From contig JBDKRC010000083.1 in assembly GCA_039683575.1 (NCBI GenBank), forward strand, positions 1 to 56,233: DNA of 56,233 bases. Direction: 5' to 3'. A program made the translations under genes and the position numbers. Under the pieces are notes generated by a model, which was given only the letters and a program-made list of their open reading frames with translations, did not search any database and was not told the DNA's origin. This document shows, one piece after another, positions 1 to 9,200 of the stretch; within the stretch, counting starts at the first letter, position 1; every line of letters begins with the position of its first letter. Source of the DNA: Armatimonadia bacterium. Its GTDB lineage: Bacteria > Armatimonadota > Zipacnadia > Zipacnadales > UBA11051.

Positions 1-24
1 TTAATCATTTATCCAGTTTTAGAT

Positions 25-108
25 CTATCCCAACGCCTTCTCTAAATCCCCTATAAGGTCTTCAACATCCTCCAATCCTATAGATAGACGGATTAAATCA
101 TCGGTGAT
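25..108 (-). other. 3' fragment of a PLP-dependent trans-sulfuration enzyme gene (cystathionine gamma-synthase/lyase or methionine gamma-lyase family); AT-rich, probably foreign or chimeric
   Basis: Translates as ITDDLIRLSIGLEDVEDLIGDLEKALG-stop, the typical C-terminal motif of this family. Bases 1-100 are much more AT-rich than the rest of the window, and similarity stops at ~108. Confidence 0.75.
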
Positions 109-450
109 GTCTCCCAGTCGACGCCGAGCCTGATCCTCGACGCCGAAACCGGTCTGCTGAGCAACGACTACTACCAGCGTGGCCACGGTGTCCTTTGGCG
201 TCGCGTCGCACCTCCAGACAGCGTGTTCGACCATCCGCTCAACTGGCCCCCTCCCGAGGCAGTCGCCACAGGCAGTCTGATCGGGGTCGATTCGGGCAAC
301 GTGAACGCCACTACGATGAGGGGTACACACTACCTCGCTTTCTACTCCGGCGAGGCTCCAGACACGGCGATCCTGGTATCTGCACTTCCGGCGCCGACTG
401 CCGCAAACTCGCTCCATAGCCCCTCGCGCCCCGGTGAGCCGCGAGAATAG
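100..450 (+). CDS. 5'-truncated gene, C-terminal part of a probable BNR/sialidase-like (exo-alpha-sialidase family) protein
   Basis: The frame of ORF 223..450 is open back to 97-100 and reads IGDVSQSTPSLILDAETGLLSNDYYQRGHGVLWRRVAPPDSVFDHPLNWPPPEAVATGS...HYLAFYSG. It has GC-rich codon usage and ends just before the next gene. The family call is from recall only. Confidence 0.5.
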   Translation: MGDVSQSTPSLILDAETGLLSNDYYQRGHGVLWRRVAPPDSVFDHPLNWPPPEAVATGSLIGVDSGNVNATTMRGTHYLAFYSGEAPDTAILVSALPAPTAANSLHSPSRPGEPRE

Positions 451-526
451 AGCGACAGGTCATTGACACACCAGCAACTGAATGGGGCACGCCACAAGCG
501 GCCGGTAAACTGCGGAGGAATACCAG

Positions 527-3500
527 ATGATACTGACAGTCCCACGGCATAGACAGACCTCCCGTCAACTTGGCTTGACGATGATCTTCATCGCCTCGCT
601 GGCCGCTGGCGTGGTCTTGGCCGCCCCCTTGCGAACGGGCGACGGCCTCGCGGGAGAGGCCAGTGGCACACGGCTGCAGCAGGTCGCCCTGGACGGCCAG
701 ACGCTCACCGGTTGCTCGGTCGAGACCTTGGTCATCGACCCGCGGACCGGCCAGCCTGCTGGCAGCCAATTCACAATCGCCGGCAGTTGGCGCTCCGTCG
801 GGGGCCGGCTGGTCCTGCAGGGCGAGGTGCGGGCTGCGGGCACTGAGGATCTCGTGGCCGATCTCGTAGTGCGGGTCAACGGCGCAGAACTGGCGCTCGG
901 CACCATGGCGGAAGACCCGCTGCTCCAGCCGGCGAAGCTGCTGTCAAAGCTGCCGCTGGTCAGCCTCCGCAACGGAGGCCAGGATCGTCTGGCACTCGCC
1001 GTACCGCCCGACAAGTTGGCCACCTTCGAGTTCCGCAAGGCCGAGGGAGCGGTCGAACTGCGCTATCGCTTTGGGTTCACCAGGGAGGCCCGCGAGGAAC
1101 TCAGGATGCGCGCCCCCTTCACCTGCACGCTGTACCGGACCGACCCGCGCTGGCATTTCCGCGCCGCCCTGGAGCGGTACTATGCCTTCTTCCCTGAAGT
1201 CTTCCGCCCCTTCGAAAAGCGCCAGGGGGGCTGGTTCTTCGCCGCCGAGACAGCCGACCTGCCCAACCCTCAGCACTTCTACTTCCACGAGGGCGGCCCG
1301 GCGGGTTGGGAGCAGGATGAGGCGCGCGGAATGGGCACTTTCCCGTACCGGGAGTCTTCGTCCTACACTGTCTCGCTGCCCGGCAATGTCCCGCCGAAGA
1401 ACTATGACGAGGCGATGGCCAGGTTCCGCGACCTCGCGCGGCAGATCACCCCGACTGAGTGGAAGCCCCAGCAGACTCTGGCCGTGGACAGCGAGGTCAA
1501 GCACTCGGGCGAACACGCGATCCTTGCCGACCCCGGCGACACCAGGGCCTGGGTTGGGGCGTCCCAGATGATCACGCTCACCCCCCCGGTGAGCAAGCCC
1601 ATCGCCGTCTCGGGCTTCAGCCGCGCGGAAGGTATCGACGGGCAGCCCGGCCAGGACTACTCGATCTATGTGGACGTGCTTTACGCCGATGGGTCCTATC
1701 TCTTCGGTCAGACGGCCATCTTCCAAACCGGCACGCACGACTGGCAGGAAGCGAAGAAGATCATCACGCCGACTGCTCCGGTCGCCGAGTTGCGGGTGTA
1801 CTGCCTGCTGCGCGGCCACGCGGGGAAGGCGTGGTTTGACGACCTGCGGATCGGCCCGGCCGACGCGCCGCAAGTGAACTGGCTCAAGAACCCCGGCTTT
1901 GAGACGGAGGCCAGGCGGCGCGACCTGCAGTACATCAGCGACAATGTGGCACACAACAGCAAGGGCGAATGGGTCTTCTCGATCACCGATAACCTCAGCG
2001 CCGATGTCGGCCCGCCCACGCCCCTGAATCTGCTGCGATTTACCCTCAACCCCGATCCCGACCTCCCCTCCACCGAGCAGCGCCCCGCCGTCGGCGCAGT
2101 GGAAATCAAGACCTTTGACGACATCTTCCGCGACCAGCCCGCGATCGACGGGGCCTACATCGATTCCGTGTCAGCCTGGATCTACGGTGTCCTAAACGGG
2201 CGCCGCGACCAGTGGCGGGCCAACGACCATCCCTTCACCTACGATCCCGGTAACCACAAGGTGGTGGCCGCGGGGCGGTGGGCAATGGTGAAGTACCTCC
2301 ACCGGCTACAGGAGCGCTACCACCCGCTGGGCAAGTCGGTCTTTACCAACATCCATGTCAACCTCGAGGCCTTTCCGCTGTACTTGGTCTCCGATGTGCC
2401 GGGCATCGAGAGCAGCCTCTTTCAGGATGAGGACTCGATGTTCTTCTATCGGGCCAGTGCCTCCCAGAAGCCCCTGCTGCTGCTCAACTTCATGAACCTG
2501 CACGGCCTCGACCAGCGAGAGACCGCGGTGAAGTACCACGTGAACGCCGCCCAATGGGGCGAGTTCCCGTCCACCGGCCGCTTCGTGCAGCGCGCCTACC
2601 AGGAGTACGGCGACGTGACCCATGCGTACTTGCCCGCGATCAAGGAGCTGTCGGCGGCAGGCTGGCAGCCGGTGCCCCTCGCCGACGGGGCGCGGGTGGA
2701 GCGCTTCGGCAGCGGTGAGGTGGTCTACTTCACCGTGCGGGCGCCGCAGGACGCCGTCCAGCAGGTCCTTACTATCGATCCCGCGGCACTGCCGAAGCCG
2801 GCGCGCGACCTGGTCGCCTATGATGCCCAGACTCTCGCCAGACTGTCGTTGCAGCGCCGCGACGGCAAGTGGGAGATCCCCTTCGCCCACGGCAACTCGG
2901 ACCTCACCATCGTCAGAGTGAGCAGCCGCGAGCAGGTGCTGCCGTGGCTTTTGGGCCGGGCCCGCCAGCATGCGCTGCAAGCCGGGCGGGTGCGGGGCAG
3001 AGACAGCCTCACTCCCGAAATACTGGCCCTCCAGCAGGCCCTGGTCGGCAAGCTGGATGCGCCGACGGCGCTGGCCAAGCTCCCGGACTGGCACGCGAAG
3101 CTGCAGGCAGCGTCCGCCAGCGTGGTGGGCAAGCCGGAGGACCTCTTCGCGCTCAGCAGTCGGCGCGAACTCGAGCAGGCGCGCGACGCCCTCGCCGCCG
3201 TCGCGACCGTCGTGGCAGCCGCGAACCCCTGGCTGGGCGGCGAGCGGATCGCCTACCCCGGCCAGGCTCTGACGGTGGCGGCAGAGCTACCGCGTACCGG
3301 CGGGGCTGGGCTACGCCTGCTCTCCATGGCGGCAGACCCCGCGGGGGGTGTGCCGGTGGAGACCAGGGCCACCGAGGGCGGCTTGACCGTAACAGCCCGC
3401 TCACAGGGGCACGTGCTGGTGCGGGCGCAGTTCGAGCTGACGCCCGCGCCGGGGCAGCCTGCGTGGCGCGTCGAGCGGACAGCGGCACTGCACATACTTC

Positions 3501-4243
3501 CCGCGGCGACCATGACCGTGAAGCAGGATAGCCTCACCGCGCAGGAGAGGGTCTACCGAGTCGAGGTGAGGCGGCAGGCGGGGCTGGGGAACCTCGAGGT
3601 GCTGGCTTCGACCAGCCCGGAGACCGTGATCGATGCCCCGCGGATGACGCTCGCCCCCGGCGAGCAGGCCGCCACCGTGCGGGTGCGGCGGAATGAAGAT
3701 GGCGTGACGCGCACCTTGCTGCTGCGGACGCTCTCGGGCGGCAACGAACTGGCGCGCGCCACCGTATCCTACCGTGACGAGCCGCCCCTGCCGGCGCACA
3801 ACCTGGCCCTGGCGAGCGGGGGCGCGAAGGTCAGCGCGGACTCGAGCTACCCCGGCGGTTACAGCCCCGCCGCTCTGACCAACGGCCGCATTGACACACA
3901 GGGGCTGCACTGGACCGAAACCGCCTGGGCCTCCTCGGATAACAGCCAGCCGCACTGGATCCAGATCGACCTGCCCAGGCCGGCCACGGTGCGTGAGGTC
4001 TGGGTGTACTGGGCGCAGGACGGCGGTCGCACGTATACGTCGCGAAAGTACCAGATCGTCGGCATCACCGCGGGCGGGCAGCGCGACTTATTGAGCGTGA
4101 ACGAGACGAGCACGCGCAGTTTCTCGCGCCATGTCATCCAGCCCACCGAACTCAGCGCGATCCGCCTCAACCAGAGCGCAGCAGGCGGCCCGGAGGGACG
4201 GCCTGGGATAATGTGGATTAGGGAAGTCGCCCTGGTGCAGTAG
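527..4243 (+). CDS. Large secreted carbohydrate-active protein: putative glycoside-hydrolase-like core with an inserted CBM4/9-like module and a C-terminal F5/8 type C (discoidin/CBM32) domain
   Basis: GGAGGA RBS before ATG 527, then a signal-peptide-like segment (IFIASLAAGVVLA). CBM4/9 motifs HSG, GTHDW, AWFDD and NPGFE; barrel-like IDGAYIDS; discoidin motifs NLAL..GAKVSADS, AWAS, PHWIQIDL and IREV. Confidence 0.75.
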   Translation: MILTVPRHRQTSRQLGLTMIFIASLAAGVVLAAPLRTGDGLAGEASGTRLQQVALDGQTLTGCSVETLVIDPRTGQPAGSQFTIAGSWRSVGGRLVLQGEVRAAGTEDLVADLVVRVNGAELALGTMAEDPLLQPAKLLSKLPLVSLRNGGQDRLALAVPPDKLATFEFRKAEGAVELRYRFGFTREAREELRMRAPFTCTLYRTDPRWHFRAALERYYAFFPEVFRPFEKRQGGWFFAAETADLPNPQHFYFHEGGPAGWEQDEARGMGTFPYRESSSYTVSLPGNVPPKNYDEAMARFRDLARQITPTEWKPQQTLAVDSEVKHSGEHAILADPGDTRAWVGASQMITLTPPVSKPIAVSGFSRAEGIDGQPGQDYSIYVDVLYADGSYLFGQTAIFQTGTHDWQEAKKIITPTAPVAELRVYCLLRGHAGKAWFDDLRIGPADAPQVNWLKNPGFETEARRRDLQYISDNVAHNSKGEWVFSITDNLSADVGPPTPLNLLRFTLNPDPDLPSTEQRPAVGAVEIKTFDDIFRDQPAIDGAYIDSVSAWIYGVLNGRRDQWRANDHPFTYDPGNHKVVAAGRWAMVKYLHRLQERYHPLGKSVFTNIHVNLEAFPLYLVSDVPGIESSLFQDEDSMFFYRASASQKPLLLLNFMNLHGLDQRETAVKYHVNAAQWGEFPSTGRFVQRAYQEYGDVTHAYLPAIKELSAAGWQPVPLADGARVERFGSGEVVYFTVRAPQDAVQQVLTIDPAALPKPARDLVAYDAQTLARLSLQRRDGKWEIPFAHGNSDLTIVRVSSREQVLPWLLGRARQHALQAGRVRGRDSLTPEILALQQALVGKLDAPTALAKLPDWHAKLQAASASVVGKPEDLFALSSRRELEQARDALAAVATVVAAANPWLGGERIAYPGQALTVAAELPRTGGAGLRLLSMAADPAGGVPVETRATEGGLTVTARSQGHVLVRAQFELTPAPGQPAWRVERTAALHILPAATMTVKQDSLTAQERVYRVEVRRQAGLGNLEVLASTSPETVIDAPRMTLAPGEQAATVRVRRNEDGVTRTLLLRTLSGGNELARATVSYRDEPPLPAHNLALASGGAKVSADSSYPGGYSPAALTNGRIDTQGLHWTETAWASSDNSQPHWIQIDLPRPATVREVWVYWAQDGGRTYTSRKYQIVGITAGGQRDLLSVNETSTRSFSRHVIQPTELSAIRLNQSAAGGPEGRPGIMWIREVALVQ

Positions 4244-4270
4244 ATGCGGTGTATCCGAGTTCAATAGGTA

Positions 4271-4405
4271 AGCCGTCCCGGCAGATTGCCCTCGGTCGTA
4301 CGATCGGCTTCCAGCCGCGAGATGACACCACCTCAGGCACGGCTTCCAGCCGTGCCGCCAGCGGCCCTCCGGTTATTCTTGCCGATTCAATCTGCCTGGG
4401 CGGCT
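4271..4405. repeat. Intergenic structured element with REP-like hairpins
   Basis: Two copies of CGGCTTCCAGCCG (4305-4317 and 4340-4352); the second extends to the hairpin GGCACGGCT-TCC-AGCCGTGCC. They are flanked by an imperfect inverted repeat, AGCCGTCCCGGCAGATTG (4271-4288) and CAATCTGCCTGGGCGGCT (4388-4405). Confidence 0.45.
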
Positions 4406-4462
4406 CAGCAGCCCCGCAGCTCTAGAAGATGAACGCGGGCGCACCCGACGCAACCGAGGGGC

Positions 4463-4492
4463 TTGACAGCCCCGGGGCGGAGGGCATACTAT
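4463..4492 (+). promoter_or_regulatory. Sigma70-type promoter of the regulator gene
   Basis: TTGACA at 4463-4468 followed by CATACT (16-bp spacer) or TACTAT (18-bp spacer). Confidence 0.6.
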
Positions 4493-4525
4493 ACCAATGG
4501 TTCAGTTGACTGAACCATTGGTATA
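4490..4525. promoter_or_regulatory. Perfect 17-bp-arm palindrome, probable operator
   Basis: TATACCAATGGTTCAGT-TG-ACTGAACCATTGGTATA overlaps the -10/+1 region. It contains TGGT/ACCA half-sites typical of GntR-family operators. Confidence 0.7.
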
Positions 4526-4548
4526 TTTGTTTCCCCAGGTCGAAAGCG

Positions 4549-5622
4549 ATGCCTTTGAACACTCATCTTGGCAAGGCGCAGCAGGTGGCCTCGGCCATCG
4601 AGGCCCAGATTGCCTCTGGCGCCTTCCGCCCCGGCACCTTGCTGCCCGCTGAACGCACACTGGCGGGAGACCACGGGGTGGCCCGCAATACCGTCCGCGC
4701 GGCCCTTGATGCTCTCGAGCAGGACGGCCTCATCCGGCATGAGGGACGGCGCGGCGCTGTCGTCTGCGCCTCCGCTGAGCTTGCCACCACTGCCCCCATT
4801 CTCCTCGTGCTGCCTTCCTCTGAAGACTCTGCCCCCGCGATGCTGAGCCCCGAAGCCACCGCGCTCATCGGCCAGACGCTCTGCGCGTGCGGGGGCTCCT
4901 CAACGCAGTTCCGCCTTCAGAGCATGCTCAAGGACGGGCGGGCGCTGGTGCGCAAGGTGCGCGAGGCTCGTGCGGCCGGCGTGCTGCTGATCGAGTGCCA
5001 CAACGCCGCGATATTGGGTACGCTGCAGGCCCAGGACATCCCCCACGTGGTCGTCAACCAGGAGTACGACGTGCCGGGTCCGGCAACCCGCGTGGACTTC
5101 CGGTGGGTCGGTCGCGAGGCAGCCAGGTACCTCCTAGCCCTTGGCCACCGTCGCCTCGGCGTCCTGTCCGGCCCGGCGGAGCGCGATATGTATGAGCAGA
5201 TGCTGGCGGGGCTGCGGGGGCGTTGCGCCGAGTCAGAAGTCTACCTCCCCTCCCACCGTCTGGTACGCGTCCGTTCGTGCAGCGAGGCCAGCCGCGAGGC
5301 CGCGCTCTCGATACTCTCGCTTGACGACCGCCCCACGGCTCTCTTTTGCACCCGCGACATCCGCGCCTATGGCGCGTACCTCGCCGCGCGCGACCTGGGC
5401 CTGCGGGTCCCCGAAGACCTTTCGCTCGTCGGCTACGACGACATCACCTGGCCCGGCGAGGGACGCCAGCTTCTCACCACCTTTCCCGAACCGGCCAGTG
5501 AACTGGGCGGCGCGGCGTTGCGTATGTTGAGTTCGTGGATCAGCACCGGCCACGCCCCCGCGGACGCCGTCATCCGCCCTGAACTGGTAGTGCGGGCCAG
5601 CACCGGACCGGCCTGCCTGTAG
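4549..5622 (+). CDS. Transcriptional regulator with a GntR winged HTH and a LacI-type sugar-binding domain
   Basis: N-terminal PGTLLPAERTLAGDHGVARNTVRAAL; C-terminal LGHRRLG, PTALFC and GLRVPEDLSLVGYDD. Confidence 0.9.
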   Translation: MPLNTHLGKAQQVASAIEAQIASGAFRPGTLLPAERTLAGDHGVARNTVRAALDALEQDGLIRHEGRRGAVVCASAELATTAPILLVLPSSEDSAPAMLSPEATALIGQTLCACGGSSTQFRLQSMLKDGRALVRKVREARAAGVLLIECHNAAILGTLQAQDIPHVVVNQEYDVPGPATRVDFRWVGREAARYLLALGHRRLGVLSGPAERDMYEQMLAGLRGRCAESEVYLPSHRLVRVRSCSEASREAALSILSLDDRPTALFCTRDIRAYGAYLAARDLGLRVPEDLSLVGYDDITWPGEGRQLLTTFPEPASELGGAALRMLSSWISTGHAPADAVIRPELVVRASTGPACL

Positions 5623-5701
5623 ACGGAAGTACCAAAGCGCGGTGCGAGTACCGGGCGCGCTGTCAGAAAGGCGATCACCACTTATTCGGGAGGCATCCCT
5701 G

Positions 5702-8700
5702 ATGAAGTTCGAGCGAGGAACTTGCCGCACCGGTTCGGTTATCGACCGGGCCGAGGCCATGGGTTTGGAGACCCGGCTGCTGTACGAGGCAGTCATTGAG
5801 TTGGCGAGTGAGGGCCTGCTGACTTCCCGTTGCGTTAACGCCGCTGCCGGTGTGGTGCTGACGCAACTGGGGCTGCCGGAGTACTTCTTCCGCAATATCT
5901 CCAAGGACGCGCTCAAGCGTGTCTTGCGTGCGGTCGCCAACAACGTTCAGGTGCGCGAGGACGATGAAGTCATCCTGCGCAGCGAGGTCTCCGAGGCACA
6001 GTTCGACATCGACGGCGGGGTTCAGGCCCGGATCGCCACGCCGCAAAACCGTGACCGCATGGAGGCGGTGCTGAATCCCGTCATGAGCGGCAATCGGGTG
6101 GAATACTACTTCAGCCCCGAGAGCCACTACTACACCTATATCGTCTATCCTCAGACGCCGCCGCCGCCGCGGCCCGATGGCCCGACGGAGGAGCTCTTCG
6201 CCTTCTCGCAAAGCCCTGCCACTCCCCGTGCTACGGCCAACCGCTACGTCAGCTTTCTGAAGCGCAGCAGGCGCCAGACGGTGCCTCTCGTGGAAGTCTC
6301 CGCGTCACCGAGCACGGGTGAGACCCGCATTATGTTCGGCGATGACTTCTCGCATTCGGTGCTCCCGGTGCTTCGCCAGATGCTCGACAGCCTTGGCCTG
6401 GTCTTGCAGCGCGCTTACTGGGAGACCTACCGGGGCAGCAGTGGGCGCCTTGAATCGGTTTGCTCGCTGTACTTGGCCGGCAACGACAGTCAGGCCCGTG
6501 TGCAGGAGGCCGTTGCCAACATCCGCTCCCTGCTGGCTATCCAGTCAGGCGACCTTGATGACCTCTACATATCAGGGCAGTTCACCTTCGCCGAGTACAT
6601 TTTTGCGACGGCGGCTGCGGCCTTCGTACACAGTTTCATCCACAAGGACCAGCAGATCGACCTGGATATCATGGGCGGGCTGGGCCGCAAAGACTTGCGG
6701 GACGCCTTCGCCCACCGCATATTTGGCGCCAGCCGCGCTGAGTACACCCAGCGCTGGGTCCTGGAAGCCGTCCGGCGCAGGCCCGACCTGGTCAAATGGC
6801 TCTATCGCCTGTTCGACCGCAAGTTCAATCCCGCCGGCAAGTCTCGCCCCAGCGCTGCGACGCTGGCACGAGAGATCGCCCGCTTCAGGGGGCAGGCAGC
6901 CATCGCGTTCGTGGACGACCGCACCGGCTATGACATCTTCAGTTACATGTCCCGAATGGTCACCGACGTCCTGAAAACAAACTTCTACAAGTCCGAGAAG
7001 CGCTCCCACGCCTTCCGCCTCGACCCGAAGCTGCTCGACCCGCTGGTCTTCACAGGGCCGGTCTACGGGGTGTTCTTCGTGCTGGGGTTCTATGCCACGG
7101 CCACGCACATGCGCGCCGAGGACGTGGCGCGCGGCGGAGTGCGGCTGATCCGGGTAACCCCGAGCAATCATGGCGACGAACTGGATAACATGCCCCTGCT
7201 CAACTACGCGCTTGGCCCGGTGGCTCAGCGTCTCAAGCACAAGGACATCGCTGAGAGCGGAGCCAAGGGCGTCGTCGTACCCCACCAGGAGTTCCCCCAC
7301 GAGGGCCTGCGGGCGGTGCTCGACTTTTCCGAAGGCGTCATGGACCTGACCCAGCCCTCCGACGAGGTGATAGATTACCTTGGCCAGCCGGAGATGCTCT
7401 TCTTCGGGCCCGACGAGGGCACGGCAGGCTTCATGGACGCCGTCGCCTACCGGGCCCGCGAGCGCGGCTACAAGTACTGGCGCACCGCCACCACCGGCAA
7501 GAGCTTCGGCATCCCGCACGACGAGTATGGGCTAACCTGTGACCGCCGCGTCTTTGGGCTCATCTCGCGGGGCAGCGAAGGGACCGAACTGGAGATCGAG
7601 GGTGTCCCGGTCCTGACCACCACCGACCCCTCGCGCCTCTATGCCGAAATCGGCGACCAGATAGACACGAGCGGCATGACGACAATGGGCGTCATGACCA
7701 CCCTGCGCACTGTCCTCGCCCATGCCGGGATGCCCGAGAAAGAGACCAACCTGATGATCACCGGCGGCCCGGACGGCGATCTGGGCGCCAACCAGATCCA
7801 GTCCTTCCGGGGCCGCATCTGCCTGATCGTCGACGGCGGTTCGGTTCTGTTCGATCCTGACGGCCTCGACCGCGAAGCCCTCATGACCATCGCCATGGCC
7901 AGGCACACCAGCCCGCGCCTGGACAGCATGGCCTACCCGGAGGCGAAGCTGGGGCCGCGGGGCTTCAGGATTCCCCGGCAGCCGGGGACCCTCAAGCTGC
8001 CCGATAGCACCGTCGTTCCTGACGGCGCTTTCTTCCACCGCAGCTTCCTCTTCAACCCGGAGGTTCACCGCTACATAGCCCAGGCCAAGATCACCGCTTT
8101 TGTGCCCTGCGGAGGCTTCAAGGACACCATCAATGGCGAAAACGTCCGGCAGTTCCTGGAGACCTTCACTGACCTGAAGGTCATCGTCGAAGGGGCGAAC
8201 GTATTCTTCGACGACGCCTCCCGCGAGCACATTGCCCGCGAGACAGACATCCTCCAGATCAAAGATTCCTCGGCCAACAAGGGCGGAGTGACCTCCAGCG
8301 CCATCGCCGAGGTCCTCAGCGCCTTCCTGCTGGGCGACAGCTACGAGCGCTTCCTGGTCGAGGACGCCCGCACCCGCTCGGGCCTGATCCGCTCTGTCCT
8401 CGACCTCATCGCCGCCAACGCTGTGGCCGAGACCGAGGTCCTGCTCGCTCTGCACCAGAAGACGGGTACCCCGCTGTACACGCTGTCCGTGCAGACCAGC
8501 GAGGAGCTGATGGCTCTCCAGCAGCAGCTCTACACCCGCCTGGACGACATCCTCGCCCAGCCTGAAGTAGTCCGGGCCACCATCGCTGCCTACGTGCCCG
8601 AGGTGCTGATGGAGCACCTTGGCATGGCGAAGGTACTACACGTGCTGAAGCGTCCAGAGCTGCAGGCCTACCGCAATGCCATCCTGACCAAGAAGATCGC

Positions 8701-8803
8701 CGCCATGGCGCTGTACAAGTACGCGGCGGACTGGGAAGCCTTCCTCGGCAGGCTGGAGGCGGACTTTGCTGGCGAGGTCCGGCGACTCGTGGCGCAGGCC
8801 TGA
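5702..8803 (+). CDS. gdh: Large (~1030 aa) NAD-specific glutamate dehydrogenase, GDH2-like form
   Basis: Motifs ARGGVR, KHKDIAESGAKG, FFGPDEGTA, TTGKS.GIPHD, GGPDGDLG, IVEGAN and KDSSANKGGV. GGAGG RBS before ATG 5702. Confidence 0.88.
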   Translation: MKFERGTCRTGSVIDRAEAMGLETRLLYEAVIELASEGLLTSRCVNAAAGVVLTQLGLPEYFFRNISKDALKRVLRAVANNVQVREDDEVILRSEVSEAQFDIDGGVQARIATPQNRDRMEAVLNPVMSGNRVEYYFSPESHYYTYIVYPQTPPPPRPDGPTEELFAFSQSPATPRATANRYVSFLKRSRRQTVPLVEVSASPSTGETRIMFGDDFSHSVLPVLRQMLDSLGLVLQRAYWETYRGSSGRLESVCSLYLAGNDSQARVQEAVANIRSLLAIQSGDLDDLYISGQFTFAEYIFATAAAAFVHSFIHKDQQIDLDIMGGLGRKDLRDAFAHRIFGASRAEYTQRWVLEAVRRRPDLVKWLYRLFDRKFNPAGKSRPSAATLAREIARFRGQAAIAFVDDRTGYDIFSYMSRMVTDVLKTNFYKSEKRSHAFRLDPKLLDPLVFTGPVYGVFFVLGFYATATHMRAEDVARGGVRLIRVTPSNHGDELDNMPLLNYALGPVAQRLKHKDIAESGAKGVVVPHQEFPHEGLRAVLDFSEGVMDLTQPSDEVIDYLGQPEMLFFGPDEGTAGFMDAVAYRARERGYKYWRTATTGKSFGIPHDEYGLTCDRRVFGLISRGSEGTELEIEGVPVLTTTDPSRLYAEIGDQIDTSGMTTMGVMTTLRTVLAHAGMPEKETNLMITGGPDGDLGANQIQSFRGRICLIVDGGSVLFDPDGLDREALMTIAMARHTSPRLDSMAYPEAKLGPRGFRIPRQPGTLKLPDSTVVPDGAFFHRSFLFNPEVHRYIAQAKITAFVPCGGFKDTINGENVRQFLETFTDLKVIVEGANVFFDDASREHIARETDILQIKDSSANKGGVTSSAIAEVLSAFLLGDSYERFLVEDARTRSGLIRSVLDLIAANAVAETEVLLALHQKTGTPLYTLSVQTSEELMALQQQLYTRLDDILAQPEVVRATIAAYVPEVLMEHLGMAKVLHVLKRPELQAYRNAILTKKIAAMALYKYAADWEAFLGRLEADFAGEVRRLVAQA

Positions 8804-8958
8804 GATGACCTCGACGTTGAGGAGTTGCCAGGAAGGCAACTTGATCAACATGGGAATACGCGAAGGCCCGAATCGCCGGAAAAGGCCCTCTACGGGGCTC
8901 TGAAGGCCGTCTTGTGTGTGTTGCGCAATTTCCGGGGGTCTGGGAGCCTCAAAAAGGC

Positions 8959-8984
8959 ACTATTCAACGGATTCGTTGAATAGT
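8959..8984. repeat. AT-rich perfect inverted repeat with 11-bp arms
   Basis: ACTATTCAACG-GATT-CGTTGAATAGT. Confidence 0.6.
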
Positions 8985-9044
8985 CGAGAGTGTGCCCTGC
9001 GGCCCGCACAGCGGCTCTGAGGGGATTTCATAGTCAAAAAACAC

Positions 9045-9090
9045 GAGCCTCTCCAGTCGCCGCAGGGCGCCGACTGGAGAGGCTCTTTTT
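9045..9090. terminator. Rho-independent terminator, probably bidirectional, between convergent genes
   Basis: 15-bp stem GAGCCTCTCCAGTCG / CGACTGGAGAGGCTC followed by TTTTT, with an A-run just upstream. Confidence 0.8.
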
Positions 9091-9200
9091 CATCTAATAG
9101 TTCTAGATAATAAGGCAGATATAGCTCATTTGCGACGCTTCTCTACCCGTAGAGTCCCAGAACTGCGGCCGGGAACCAGCCCCGTGCAGTCGCCCCCTGG

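Noticed and set aside
25-417. 130-aa minus-strand ORF as a real gene
   Set aside because: Only the last ~27 aa are protein-like. The rest is the antisense of the plus-strand gene across a probable chimeric junction.
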